Source of the DNA: Bdellovibrio sp.
GTDB lineage: Bacteria > Bdellovibrionota > Bdellovibrionia > Bdellovibrionales > Bdellovibrionaceae
Direction of reading: 5' to 3'
Length of the DNA: 64,000 nucleotides
NCBI GenBank assembly: GCA_037968775.1
Contig: JBBKWD010000072.1
Span: 11,339 to 75,338, forward strand
Shown: positions 19,169 through 26,611 of the stretch, piece by piece
How the letters are laid out: each line of letters starts with the position of its first letter
Numbering within the stretch: position 1 is the stretch's first letter
Notes under the pieces: model-generated
What the model saw: the letters and a program-made list of their open reading frames with translations, nothing else
What the model was told of the DNA's origin: nothing
Databases searched by the model: none
Translations under genes and position numbers: made by a program

Positions 19169-19741
19169 ATGAAAATGATCTACAGCACCCTTTCCGTGAT
19201 GATGGTTTTATTTGTTTCAGCACCGGCCATGGCCCTCTATACCGAAGTGGGTTTAAGTTACGGCCGAAAAACAACCACCTTCGATCAAAATAATACCTTC
19301 GATTCAGAATCGGTTACCGGCTCCCTCTCTCTTTATTTTCTGGAACGCTTAGCTTTAGAACTCAGCTATACGGATGCGACAGGTTTGCGCAAAGAAAAGG
19401 CCTTTTCGACGGATCCTCAACGGACAACCACTCAGAAATCGCAAATTATGGGCGCGGATCTGATTTTTGTCTTTGCTGATAAGAAGGCACTATTTCAACC
19501 TTATATAAAAGCTGGTGGTGCACAAATTTCTCGCACCCAAATAGTCGATATCGAAGGCTTTAGCACTTATACTTTGCCTGTGGATAATGCGACTGTTCCC
19601 AGCTATGGAGCTGGGCTAAAAATTGCTATCACAGAAACCCTAGGAATCAAACTGAGCTATGATGTTTGGAAAACTCCTGCCGGCGGAGGCGTGCAAACAG
19701 ACGACACTTCTATTCGCGCAGGGATTACTTGGGTTCTCTAA
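19169..19741 (+). CDS. Small outer-membrane beta-barrel protein
   Basis: Start at ATG 19169. Signal peptide ...VSAPAMA. Alternating-hydrophobic strands (LSLYF, LELSYTD, GLKIAIT, IKLSYDV, IRAGITWVL). Confidence 0.6.
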   Translation: MKMIYSTLSVMMVLFVSAPAMALYTEVGLSYGRKTTTFDQNNTFDSESVTGSLSLYFLERLALELSYTDATGLRKEKAFSTDPQRTTTQKSQIMGADLIFVFADKKALFQPYIKAGGAQISRTQIVDIEGFSTYTLPVDNATVPSYGAGLKIAITETLGIKLSYDVWKTPAGGGVQTDDTSIRAGITWVL

Positions 19742-20796
19742 AGCTTACCACTCTCGTCTTCGCATTACTCACTTGGCTCCCCCTGTCCGGCTGCCAAATG
19801 AGTTATCTTTTCAGCTCAGCCTACAATCAAATGCGTTTGCTCAAAGATCGCGTGCCCCTTGAAGAGGCTCTAAAAGACCCGCGCCTCACCGACGAGGAAA
19901 AACGAAAACTTCGACTGGCCCAAGAGGTTCGCAAATTTGCAGAGACTGATTTGCATCTGATCACGACTAAAAACTACAGTTCCTTTGTGCAACTGGATCG
20001 CCCCTATGTCACTTATGTCGTGAGTGCCGCCCCCAAATGGGAACTCAAACACCATGAATGGTCTTACCCCTTTGTCGGCAAAATGCCTTATAAAGGTTAT
20101 TTCAACGAAGAGTCCGCGAAGGAACAAGAGAAAGAACTGATTCAAGAAAATCTCGATACTTATTTGCGAGGAGTCGCCGCTTACAGCACCTTGGGGTGGT
20201 TTAAAGATCCGATCCTCAGCTCCATGTTGCGCTATAAAGACTTCGACTTTGTAAACACGATCATTCATGAAACCGTGCATGCGACACTTTATATAAAAAA
20301 TTCTGCCGACTTTAATGAGCGTTTGGCCAGCTTTTTAGGTGGCAAAGGGGCGGAGATTTTTTATCTCCAGAAAGAGGGCCCGGATTCACCGACACTCACT
20401 GCTGTTCGCGCCGATAACGAGGACAGCAAACGCTTCTCTGAATTCATATCTCTGGAACTAAAAAGCCTGGGCGCTTGGTACCAGAATTTACCTGTGGCCG
20501 AACGCACGGAAGAAATGCGCCAAAAAAGAATACATGAAATTCGATCTAAGTTTGAATCAGATATACTGCCACACATGAAGACCGACAGTTTTAAGAATTT
20601 TCCAAATGCGAAACTCAACAATGCCAAACTCTTAGTTTACAAAACCTATATGCAAGATCTGAGTGATTTTGAAAATCTTTACGAAAAAGTAGGCCAGGAT
20701 TTTGGTAAGTTTTTGGAGGCTTGTAAAGGACTTGATGGGAAGAAGGATCCGGAGCAGGCGTTAAGGGAGCTTGTTGTGGAGCTTCAACAGCCGTGA
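19729..20796 (+). CDS. Lipoprotein zinc aminopeptidase-like protein (HExxH)
   Basis: The in-frame TTG at 19729 gives the lipoprotein signal LKLTTLVFALLTWLPLSGC. HExxH motif in IIHETVHATLY. The longer track ORF (19666) would overlap the OMP gene by 76 nt. Confidence 0.6.
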   Translation: MGSLKLTTLVFALLTWLPLSGCQMSYLFSSAYNQMRLLKDRVPLEEALKDPRLTDEEKRKLRLAQEVRKFAETDLHLITTKNYSSFVQLDRPYVTYVVSAAPKWELKHHEWSYPFVGKMPYKGYFNEESAKEQEKELIQENLDTYLRGVAAYSTLGWFKDPILSSMLRYKDFDFVNTIIHETVHATLYIKNSADFNERLASFLGGKGAEIFYLQKEGPDSPTLTAVRADNEDSKRFSEFISLELKSLGAWYQNLPVAERTEEMRQKRIHEIRSKFESDILPHMKTDSFKNFPNAKLNNAKLLVYKTYMQDLSDFENLYEKVGQDFGKFLEACKGLDGKKDPEQALRELVVELQQP

Positions 20797-20832
20797 CAAC
20801 TGTGAGTTCGTCCTCCATCCATGAGATGGCTG

Positions 20833-20857
20833 TAAGAGCGCCATCGTGGCGCTCTTA
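20833..20857. repeat. GC-rich perfect hairpin (11-bp stem) downstream of the aminopeptidase gene
   Basis: TAAGAGCGCCA / TGGCGCTCTTA with a TCG loop and no T-run. Confidence 0.5.
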
Positions 20858-20898
20858 GCAAAGTACATTTGGCTCTAGGAAACTAACCGATACTTTGG

Positions 20899-20943
20899 CC
20901 TGATGGGCACGATGCCCATCAGGAAGGCCGCACATGGATGGCC
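20899..20943. repeat. Hairpin-plus-box element, copy B
   Basis: 11-bp stem CCTGATGGGCA / TGCCCATCAGG followed by the box AAGGCCGCACATGGATGGCC. The box matches copy A at 18 of 20 positions. All three stem differences are compensated. Confidence 0.6.
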
Positions 20944-20979
20944 CTTCCAACTTAACTAATTCTGACAGCTGCAAAAAAT

Positions 20980-21402
20980 CTAGTGACGAGCTTTACTCCC
21001 CCGAAAATAAATTTGTCCCTCAGACTGAACAATCACAAAACGATCGCCGCGCGAACTCTCAAAAGAAATTTCGAGATCGCCAGGAGCTGCGTTCTCTAAA
21101 GGCATAACTGCCTCGACCAAACCCGTATCAAACTTCACTGCATGCGACGGTAAGAAACGGAAAGTACAACTCGCGGTCTTTTCCTGACGACCACAATCAA
21201 CTTTAATGCTCTGATCTTGATTCAGCAAATGAAGTTCGCTGCCGACGCCCATGAGGTCCATCCAGGCATGCACACGGCTGGTCTTGAATTCATTAATTAA
21301 TACAACTGTCTTTTCAGGACGAAGCATAACTGCAACAGAATCACTAGAGGCAACAGCTTGTAATGAACTCATCAAAATTAAAACTGAAACAATTGATCGC
21401 AT
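20980..21402 (-). CDS. Secreted protein, unknown function
   Basis: Start at ATG 21402. Signal peptide MRSIVSVLILMSSLQAVASS. Confidence 0.5.
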   Translation of the reverse strand: MRSIVSVLILMSSLQAVASSDSVAVMLRPEKTVVLINEFKTSRVHAWMDLMGVGSELHLLNQDQSIKVDCGRQEKTASCTFRFLPSHAVKFDTGLVEAVMPLENAAPGDLEISFESSRGDRFVIVQSEGQIYFRGSKARH

Positions 21403-21567
21403 ACAATCCCTTTCCAAGGCCGAACACCCGCTTTCAAACGGTTCTTCTGAAGAGCTTCAGAATTAGACTGCAGGCATTGAATTGGCAATAGAATTCAGTT
21501 TGTGAAAACCTTGATGGAGATCACGACGCATATCAAGAAGACTCCTGACGCAATCCTGTCTCATTAG

Positions 21568-22056
21568 CTATTCAACTATGACTTTCGGGGCTGGAAGGCT
21601 TTTCTTTTCATTCAGCTTAGGGGCCTCTGGGTTCGCCAAAAGGGATTTGATTCTTCCCGTAAGATCCTGCTTTATTTTAAGATACTGAACCAAGCGGTCT
21701 CCGCCCAATAAAACACGCAAGCCATCGAACTCTTCTTCTGCGATTCGGTTGTAGTTTGTAAGGTTCTTACGATATTTGGCCAACTCATCACTGCGCTGCT
21801 TTGCCGTTTTCACAAGGGCCATTTTGTCCACGGACTCATGCAAGGCCAGACTTAAGTCGGACTTCTTTTTATTTAGATTTTTAATGATATCTGTGAATTT
21901 TTTTTCTTCTTGAGTGGTCAACTTGAGCTCTTCACTGGTCTTCCAGATAAAGAGCTCTTCAAACTGATTTTTCTTTTCCAGCGCCTGTGCCGAAAAAGAA
22001 AACATCAGAACTAAAATCGTAATAAAAAGTCTGTCAGTACCATGCACGTCGAACAC
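21568..22056 (-). CDS. Periplasmic helical protein, third gene of the ECF sigma operon
   Basis: Signal peptide followed by Lys/Glu-rich predicted helices. It lies directly downstream of the anti-sigma gene. A Spy/CpxP-like role is only a guess. Confidence 0.4.
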   Translation of the reverse strand: MFDVHGTDRLFITILVLMFSFSAQALEKKNQFEELFIWKTSEELKLTTQEEKKFTDIIKNLNKKKSDLSLALHESVDKMALVKTAKQRSDELAKYRKNLTNYNRIAEEEFDGLRVLLGGDRLVQYLKIKQDLTGRIKSLLANPEAPKLNEKKSLPAPKVIVE

Positions 22057-22073
22057 CCATCTAAAATGGGTGA

Positions 22074-22544
22074 CTAGCGTCGCTCCTCACCCATTAATTG
22101 ATTGAATTTTGCTACAGATAAATTTTCAAATGATTCTGTAGCGACGTCCACAAAAAAGTCAGATTCGTTCTGTCCGCTGATTAAAGTCTGGGACAAATCC
22201 TCTGGAGCCAAAAGGGCTTCAGCCACAATGCGTTCACGACCATCACTCAGGAGGCCCGCACGTTGCATACCCTGGTTCACTTTTGACACTTGGCCTAAGA
22301 GCAAAGTGCTAAAGAGGAACAGTGACATGAGTCCACCGACGGGATAAAGCCAACCCCGCCAATGTGCTCGCAAAAGATTCCGCGGCGTCATCAGCATGGG
22401 AGGAGGTGCGATATCGACTCTTTCCACTTTGGCCATGATTTTGTCATGTAAGCGGTCAAAAAAGTCATCATCCATTGGCAACTCAAGATCATCAGCGGCT
22501 CGTAAGCCTTTCCGGATTTTATCCGTTCTATCGAATTGATCCAT
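22074..22544 (-). CDS. Membrane-spanning anti-sigma factor (putative)
   Basis: ATG 22544 lies just downstream of the sigma stop codon. A single central TM helix (LYPVGGLMSLFLFSTLLLG) is present. The position is the classic anti-sigma position. Confidence 0.55.
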   Translation of the reverse strand: MDQFDRTDKIRKGLRAADDLELPMDDDFFDRLHDKIMAKVERVDIAPPPMLMTPRNLLRAHWRGWLYPVGGLMSLFLFSTLLLGQVSKVNQGMQRAGLLSDGRERIVAEALLAPEDLSQTLISGQNESDFFVDVATESFENLSVAKFNQLMGEERR

Positions 22545-22545
22545 T

Positions 22546-23166
22546 TTAACCCTCTGCCTCCGCAAAACGTTGTTGGACTTCCATAAAGAAGCCACCAACT
22601 TCTTCAGTCCAGTTTTTAAGTTCGCTCTGTTGCTCAAAGGTTTGACGAAGCTTTAAAAGCGCATGGCGATAGTTGGCCTTCGCCGTGTCATATGGACACT
22701 CCATAATCTCTGCGATCTCACTAAAGCTTAAATCTTCGTAAACCCGAAGAACCAGTGCGGTCTTCTGTTTCAATGGCAACTTTTCAACTTCTTTATGAAG
22801 GATATCCTTCATAGCACCGTGGACAAGTGTGCTCTCAGCCTCGGCATTCACTGCCAATTGAACATCATCGATGTCCACGGTGACCCGTTTCCACTCGCGC
22901 AGCTTATTTCTGGCGGTGTTCACAGCGATCTGGAACAACCAGCTTTTAAAGCTCGCTCTTCCTTCGAAGGTGTGCAGCTTTTCATAGGCTTTAATAAAAG
23001 CCTCTTGCGTCACATCTTCGGCCGCATCCATATCCTTCACAAAACGCAAACTCATCCGTAGCACACTTCTTTGATGTCGTTTCACGAGTTCGGAAAAAGC
23101 GCGCCTCTCCCCCGCTTTTACTTTTTCGACTAGCTCCAGATCCGATATAACAAGATCTTCCTGCAT
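22546..23166 (-). CDS. ECF (sigma-70 group 4, RpoE-like) sigma factor
   Basis: Region 2 (AFSELVKRHQRSVLRMSLRF...QEAFIKAY) and region 4 (LSFSEIAEIMECPYDTAKANYRHAL) are both recognisable. Confidence 0.85.
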   Translation of the reverse strand: MQEDLVISDLELVEKVKAGERRAFSELVKRHQRSVLRMSLRFVKDMDAAEDVTQEAFIKAYEKLHTFEGRASFKSWLFQIAVNTARNKLREWKRVTVDIDDVQLAVNAEAESTLVHGAMKDILHKEVEKLPLKQKTALVLRVYEDLSFSEIAEIMECPYDTAKANYRHALLKLRQTFEQQSELKNWTEEVGGFFMEVQQRFAEAEG

Positions 23167-23363
23167 ATATGACTCGCTTCTGTCTAAGTTCGGTTAACGT
23201 CCTGAATTTTTTACTTAGGGAGATCACTTTGACCCCTCTCAGCTACCGGTAAATTCGCCCCCAAACCCGGCTGCCTACATGCTTAACTATGATGCAATGT
23301 TAGTGCCGAAAAAGTGGGGTCAAAATGCCTTAAATATACGAAATCTATAATGTTTTTATGTTT

Positions 23364-23415
23364 TTCTTATGGGACACATAAGAACTTCTTATGGACTCGA
23401 CATTAGCCATAAGAA
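23364..23415. promoter_or_regulatory. Clustered inverted repeats (candidate operator) in the divergent sigma / fibre intergenic region
   Basis: TTCTTAT-N7-ATAAGAA (23364-23384) is immediately followed by TTCTTATGG-N12-CCATAAGAA (23386-23415). Confidence 0.4.
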
Positions 23416-23638
23416 TCACTTTTACTTAAATCGCGCCCCTTTGACCATCGCCTTTAAATTTGAAAATTGCGACGTATCCAATGGATCCTTGAATTCAAAC
23501 GAAATCTACTCTCGCTTAAGTGGTACAAAATGAAACGAAACCGTTGAACGTAATTCATTCTCATTAAAGATCAGTCAAGATTTCGAGGCCTTCCGACGAT
23601 AAATTAATTACCAGAACGTAACTTGAAGGGAACACACT

Positions 23639-26194
23639 GTGTATCAAACGAAAATGACACACAAAATTCTAAACAACCTGCGGAGGATGAAGCCATCTCT
23701 CTTGGGCCTCGCGAGTCTCCTTCTTGTGTTCATAGGCATTCACGCTGGCGCTTCTCCTGGATCACTTAACTATCAGGGAAGAATTGTTAAAACCAATGGT
23801 GTCCCCCTGACATATTCCAGCGTCAGCTTTATCTTTAAAATCATGGATCCGGCTGGCACCTGCGTGATCTACCAGGAGCAGGTCAATGGCTACGATATGA
23901 CGAACTCTGGTGGTGTCTTCGATATTCCTATTGGACTAGGCACTGTCATCTATCCCCCTGCGGGTGCCCTCAATATATTAGATACCTTTAATAACACCTC
24001 TGTTTTTGCTTGTGATGGTGGAACATCGACATATGTGCCAAGTTCAGGTGATATTCGAAAGTTGCGTGTGCTCTTTTATGATGGCACCGGTTGGCAAACT
24101 ATTTCTCCTGACAACACCATCCGCACAGTGCCTTTTGCAGCCTATGCAAAATCCGCTGAAAAATTAGGGAACTTTGGATCGTCTGATTTTCTTTTAAAAG
24201 CGGGCCTTCCGACTTGTTCTGCAAATAGTTTTTTAAGCTACGACGGCACAGGCCTTACCTGTCAAGCCGTGTCTGGAGCTACGGGTGGAACACTTACCAG
24301 GGTAACCTCCACAAATAGTTATTTAACCATCGTAAATCCCACAGACACACCTGCCCTTACTTTGAATGTCGGAACAGTGGCCGGAACAGTGGCTGCTGGA
24401 AATGACTCTCGTCTAGTGAACTCTCTGCAACCTGGTTCGGCTGTGGGCGGGGACCTCAGTGGTACGTTGCCAAATCCTGCGGTCGTCAAAATTCAAGGTA
24501 CGGCTGTCGGTGCAGCTGCTCCGTCAGCGTCTGGGCAAGTTTTACGTTATGACGGCTCTACTTGGGGACCCGCTGCACTGAGTATTAGTGAAATCACGGG
24601 ACTCTCTGCAAATCTAGCCACTTATATGACACAAGCAACTTTCAACAGCGCTGTTTCCAGTGCAAGCTGCAGTGCGAACCAAACTCTCTATTGGAATTCA
24701 GTTTCGAGTGCTTTTACTTGCCAAAATATTTCCTTAACGGACTCTGCAGTAAGCTTCTCATCTCAAGCAGCGAATACTGTTTTTTCAGCTCCCAATGGTA
24801 CCGCTGGTGCTCCGACCTTTCGTGCTCTGGTTAACGCCGACCTTCCCCTTGTGTCAGTAGCAAAAGGTGGAACTGCCTTAGCCACGGTTCCCACGAATGG
24901 ACAACTTTTGATAGGTAACGGAACGGGATATACACTTGCAAATATTACGGCCGGGACGGGAGTCTCCGTTAATAACTCAGCTGGAGGCATCAGTATTTCC
25001 GCGACGGGCACAGGCGGAACAGTCACAAATATTACGACAGGCACCGGCCTCTCTGGCGGACCGATCACCAACACTGGAACTATCTCCTTGGCAAATACCT
25101 CCGTATCAGCCGGGTCTTATGGAACTGCTACGGCTGCTCCGACTTTTACCGTCGATGCCCAAGGTCGCTTAACAGCGGCGAATACGACCACGATGACACC
25201 TGCATGGGGATCAATCACTTCAAAACCGACGACCCTCGCTGGATATGGCATCACCGACGCCATTGATATGACAATCACTTCGGCAAATATTATTGTGGGA
25301 AGCTCCACGAATGTAGCAACAGAGCGAGCTCTCAGTGGCGATGCCACTCTGTCTAATACGGGAGTGTTGACCCTGGCCGCGACTGGAGTCACAGCTGGCC
25401 CCTACCCGAAAGTCACAGTTGATGCCAAAGGCCGCGTGACAGCTGGAGGCGCGTTGGCTTCCTCTGATATCACAACTGGCTTGGGATACACTCCGGTCAA
25501 TAGAGCTGGAGACACGATGACCGGAGTCTTAGTTTATCCCGCAGGAAGTGCTGCGGCTCCGTCGATTACGTTCGTCGGAGATACCGATACTGGATTTTAC
25601 TCCTTGGGTGCCGAACAAGTTGGGATCACGACAGCAGGAACACTTGCCGCCTCCTTTAATACAACAAGCAGCTATTTTGTTGGCAATATGGGCATCGGCG
25701 TGACCGCCAGTGAAAAATTAGAAGTGAATGGCAATGTCAAAGCCACGAGCTTCATTTCGACATCGGATCGTCGTTTGAAAAAAAATATTATCACTGCGGA
25801 GGGCCTGGACAAAGTTCTTAAACTTCGCGGCGTTCGTTTCCAATGGCGTGACAACGATGTCACTGAGTTAGGTACCATTGCTCAAGAGGTAGAAGAAATA
25901 TTTCCGGAGCTAGTCATCACCAATAAAACCACGGGTTTTAAGGCCGTTAAATACCAAGGCCTCATTGCTCCGCTAATTGAGGCGACGAAGGAACTAAACA
26001 CCAAATGTGAAATGACAGATCGTCAAATGCAACAGCTGCTGAGTTCCGTCGCCCAACACGAAGAAGAACTGACATTAGTTAAGCGCCGCTTAGCCTCGGT
26101 AGAAAATGAAAATGCAGATCTCAGATCGCTGCTGCGCGATTTTGAACAACGCCTCCAAGCTGTTGAGGCCATCGAGAAAAAAGAGTCCCCTTAA
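23639..26194 (+). CDS. Tail-fibre-like surface fibre protein with C-terminal S74-type intramolecular chaperone domain
   Basis: GTG 23639 follows GAAGGGA. An N-terminal signal/anchor is present. The long Gly/Thr/Ala/Ser-rich region has fibre-type repeats (VSAGSYGTATAAPTFTVDAQGRLTAA; VTAGPYPKVTVDAKGRVTAGG). The C-terminal block is SDRRLKKNI...LRGVRFQWRD...GTIAQEVEEIFPELV plus a coiled coil. Confidence 0.85.
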   Translation: MYQTKMTHKILNNLRRMKPSLLGLASLLLVFIGIHAGASPGSLNYQGRIVKTNGVPLTYSSVSFIFKIMDPAGTCVIYQEQVNGYDMTNSGGVFDIPIGLGTVIYPPAGALNILDTFNNTSVFACDGGTSTYVPSSGDIRKLRVLFYDGTGWQTISPDNTIRTVPFAAYAKSAEKLGNFGSSDFLLKAGLPTCSANSFLSYDGTGLTCQAVSGATGGTLTRVTSTNSYLTIVNPTDTPALTLNVGTVAGTVAAGNDSRLVNSLQPGSAVGGDLSGTLPNPAVVKIQGTAVGAAAPSASGQVLRYDGSTWGPAALSISEITGLSANLATYMTQATFNSAVSSASCSANQTLYWNSVSSAFTCQNISLTDSAVSFSSQAANTVFSAPNGTAGAPTFRALVNADLPLVSVAKGGTALATVPTNGQLLIGNGTGYTLANITAGTGVSVNNSAGGISISATGTGGTVTNITTGTGLSGGPITNTGTISLANTSVSAGSYGTATAAPTFTVDAQGRLTAANTTTMTPAWGSITSKPTTLAGYGITDAIDMTITSANIIVGSSTNVATERALSGDATLSNTGVLTLAATGVTAGPYPKVTVDAKGRVTAGGALASSDITTGLGYTPVNRAGDTMTGVLVYPAGSAAAPSITFVGDTDTGFYSLGAEQVGITTAGTLAASFNTTSSYFVGNMGIGVTASEKLEVNGNVKATSFISTSDRRLKKNIITAEGLDKVLKLRGVRFQWRDNDVTELGTIAQEVEEIFPELVITNKTTGFKAVKYQGLIAPLIEATKELNTKCEMTDRQMQQLLSSVAQHEEELTLVKRRLASVENENADLRSLLRDFEQRLQAVEAIEKKESP
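25763..26191 (+). other. Predicted auto-cleaving chaperone (endosialidase/tail-spike S74-type) domain of the fibre protein
   Basis: The domain starts at the conserved Ser of TS-SDRRLKKNI (codon 709) and has a terminal heptad-like coiled coil. Confidence 0.65.
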
Positions 26195-26595
26195 TGAAAG
26201 TCGTAGAGTCGGGCCTCTTTATTTTTAATGGGTTCACGGCACTGCTTCTTACTTTCGGGATCAGCAGCTGGGCGCAAGCGGCCTGCACCTCCCCGGCAGG
26301 AAGTTCCGGTCAGCTGCAGTGGATTCCAGCAGCAACAGCCGTGAAGTATTGCAATGGTACAACGTGGGTAACAATGGATAATACCGCCACCGCAACCGCT
26401 TGCAGCCCCGCAGGAAAAATTCAATACACCAGCTCAGAAATCATGTTTTGCAATGGCTCCGTCTGGGTCAAAACAGCACCAGCCACAAACCATGGCGCCT
26501 GTGCCGTGGCGATTGCGGGCAAGTTCTATTATGACAGCACCGGAACTTTTTATTGGTTTTGCAACGGGACCAATTGGCGCAGGATGGGCCCTTAG
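26194..26595 (+). CDS. Secreted Cys-rich protein with three A-C...[YF]-C-N-G-[ST]-x-W repeats
   Basis: Its ATG overlaps the fibre gene stop (TAATG). A signal peptide ends in WAQA. Three repeats: ACTSPAG...YCNGTTWVTM, ACSPAG...FCNGSVWVKT and ACAVAIAG...FCNGTNWRRM. Confidence 0.7.
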   Translation: MKVVESGLFIFNGFTALLLTFGISSWAQAACTSPAGSSGQLQWIPAATAVKYCNGTTWVTMDNTATATACSPAGKIQYTSSEIMFCNGSVWVKTAPATNHGACAVAIAGKFYYDSTGTFYWFCNGTNWRRMGP

Positions 26596-26611
26596 AAGAG
26601 AGCGTTAGAAA

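Noticed and set aside
24763-25392. Antisense ORFs (103, 91 and 78 aa) inside the fibre gene
   Set aside because: These are shadow ORFs created by the GC-rich, Gly/Ala/Thr-biased repeat region of the fibre gene. They have no start-site signals and no recognisable domains.
23639-26595. Prophage remnant interpretation of the tail-fibre-like gene
   Set aside because: No baseplate, tape-measure, capsid, terminase, lysis or integrase genes flank it. The neighbours are an ECF sigma operon and glycan genes. The protein also has a bacterial signal/anchor. A domesticated surface fibre is more consistent with this.
26194-26595. PglB-type N-glycosylation of the three N-G-[ST] sequons
   Set aside because: Bacterial PglB-type oligosaccharyltransferases require an acidic residue at -2 (D/E-x-N-x-S/T). 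Here the -2 residues are Tyr or Phe. The sequons may simply be part of a structural motif. Glycosylation by a different GT-C enzyme stays a hypothesis, not a call.
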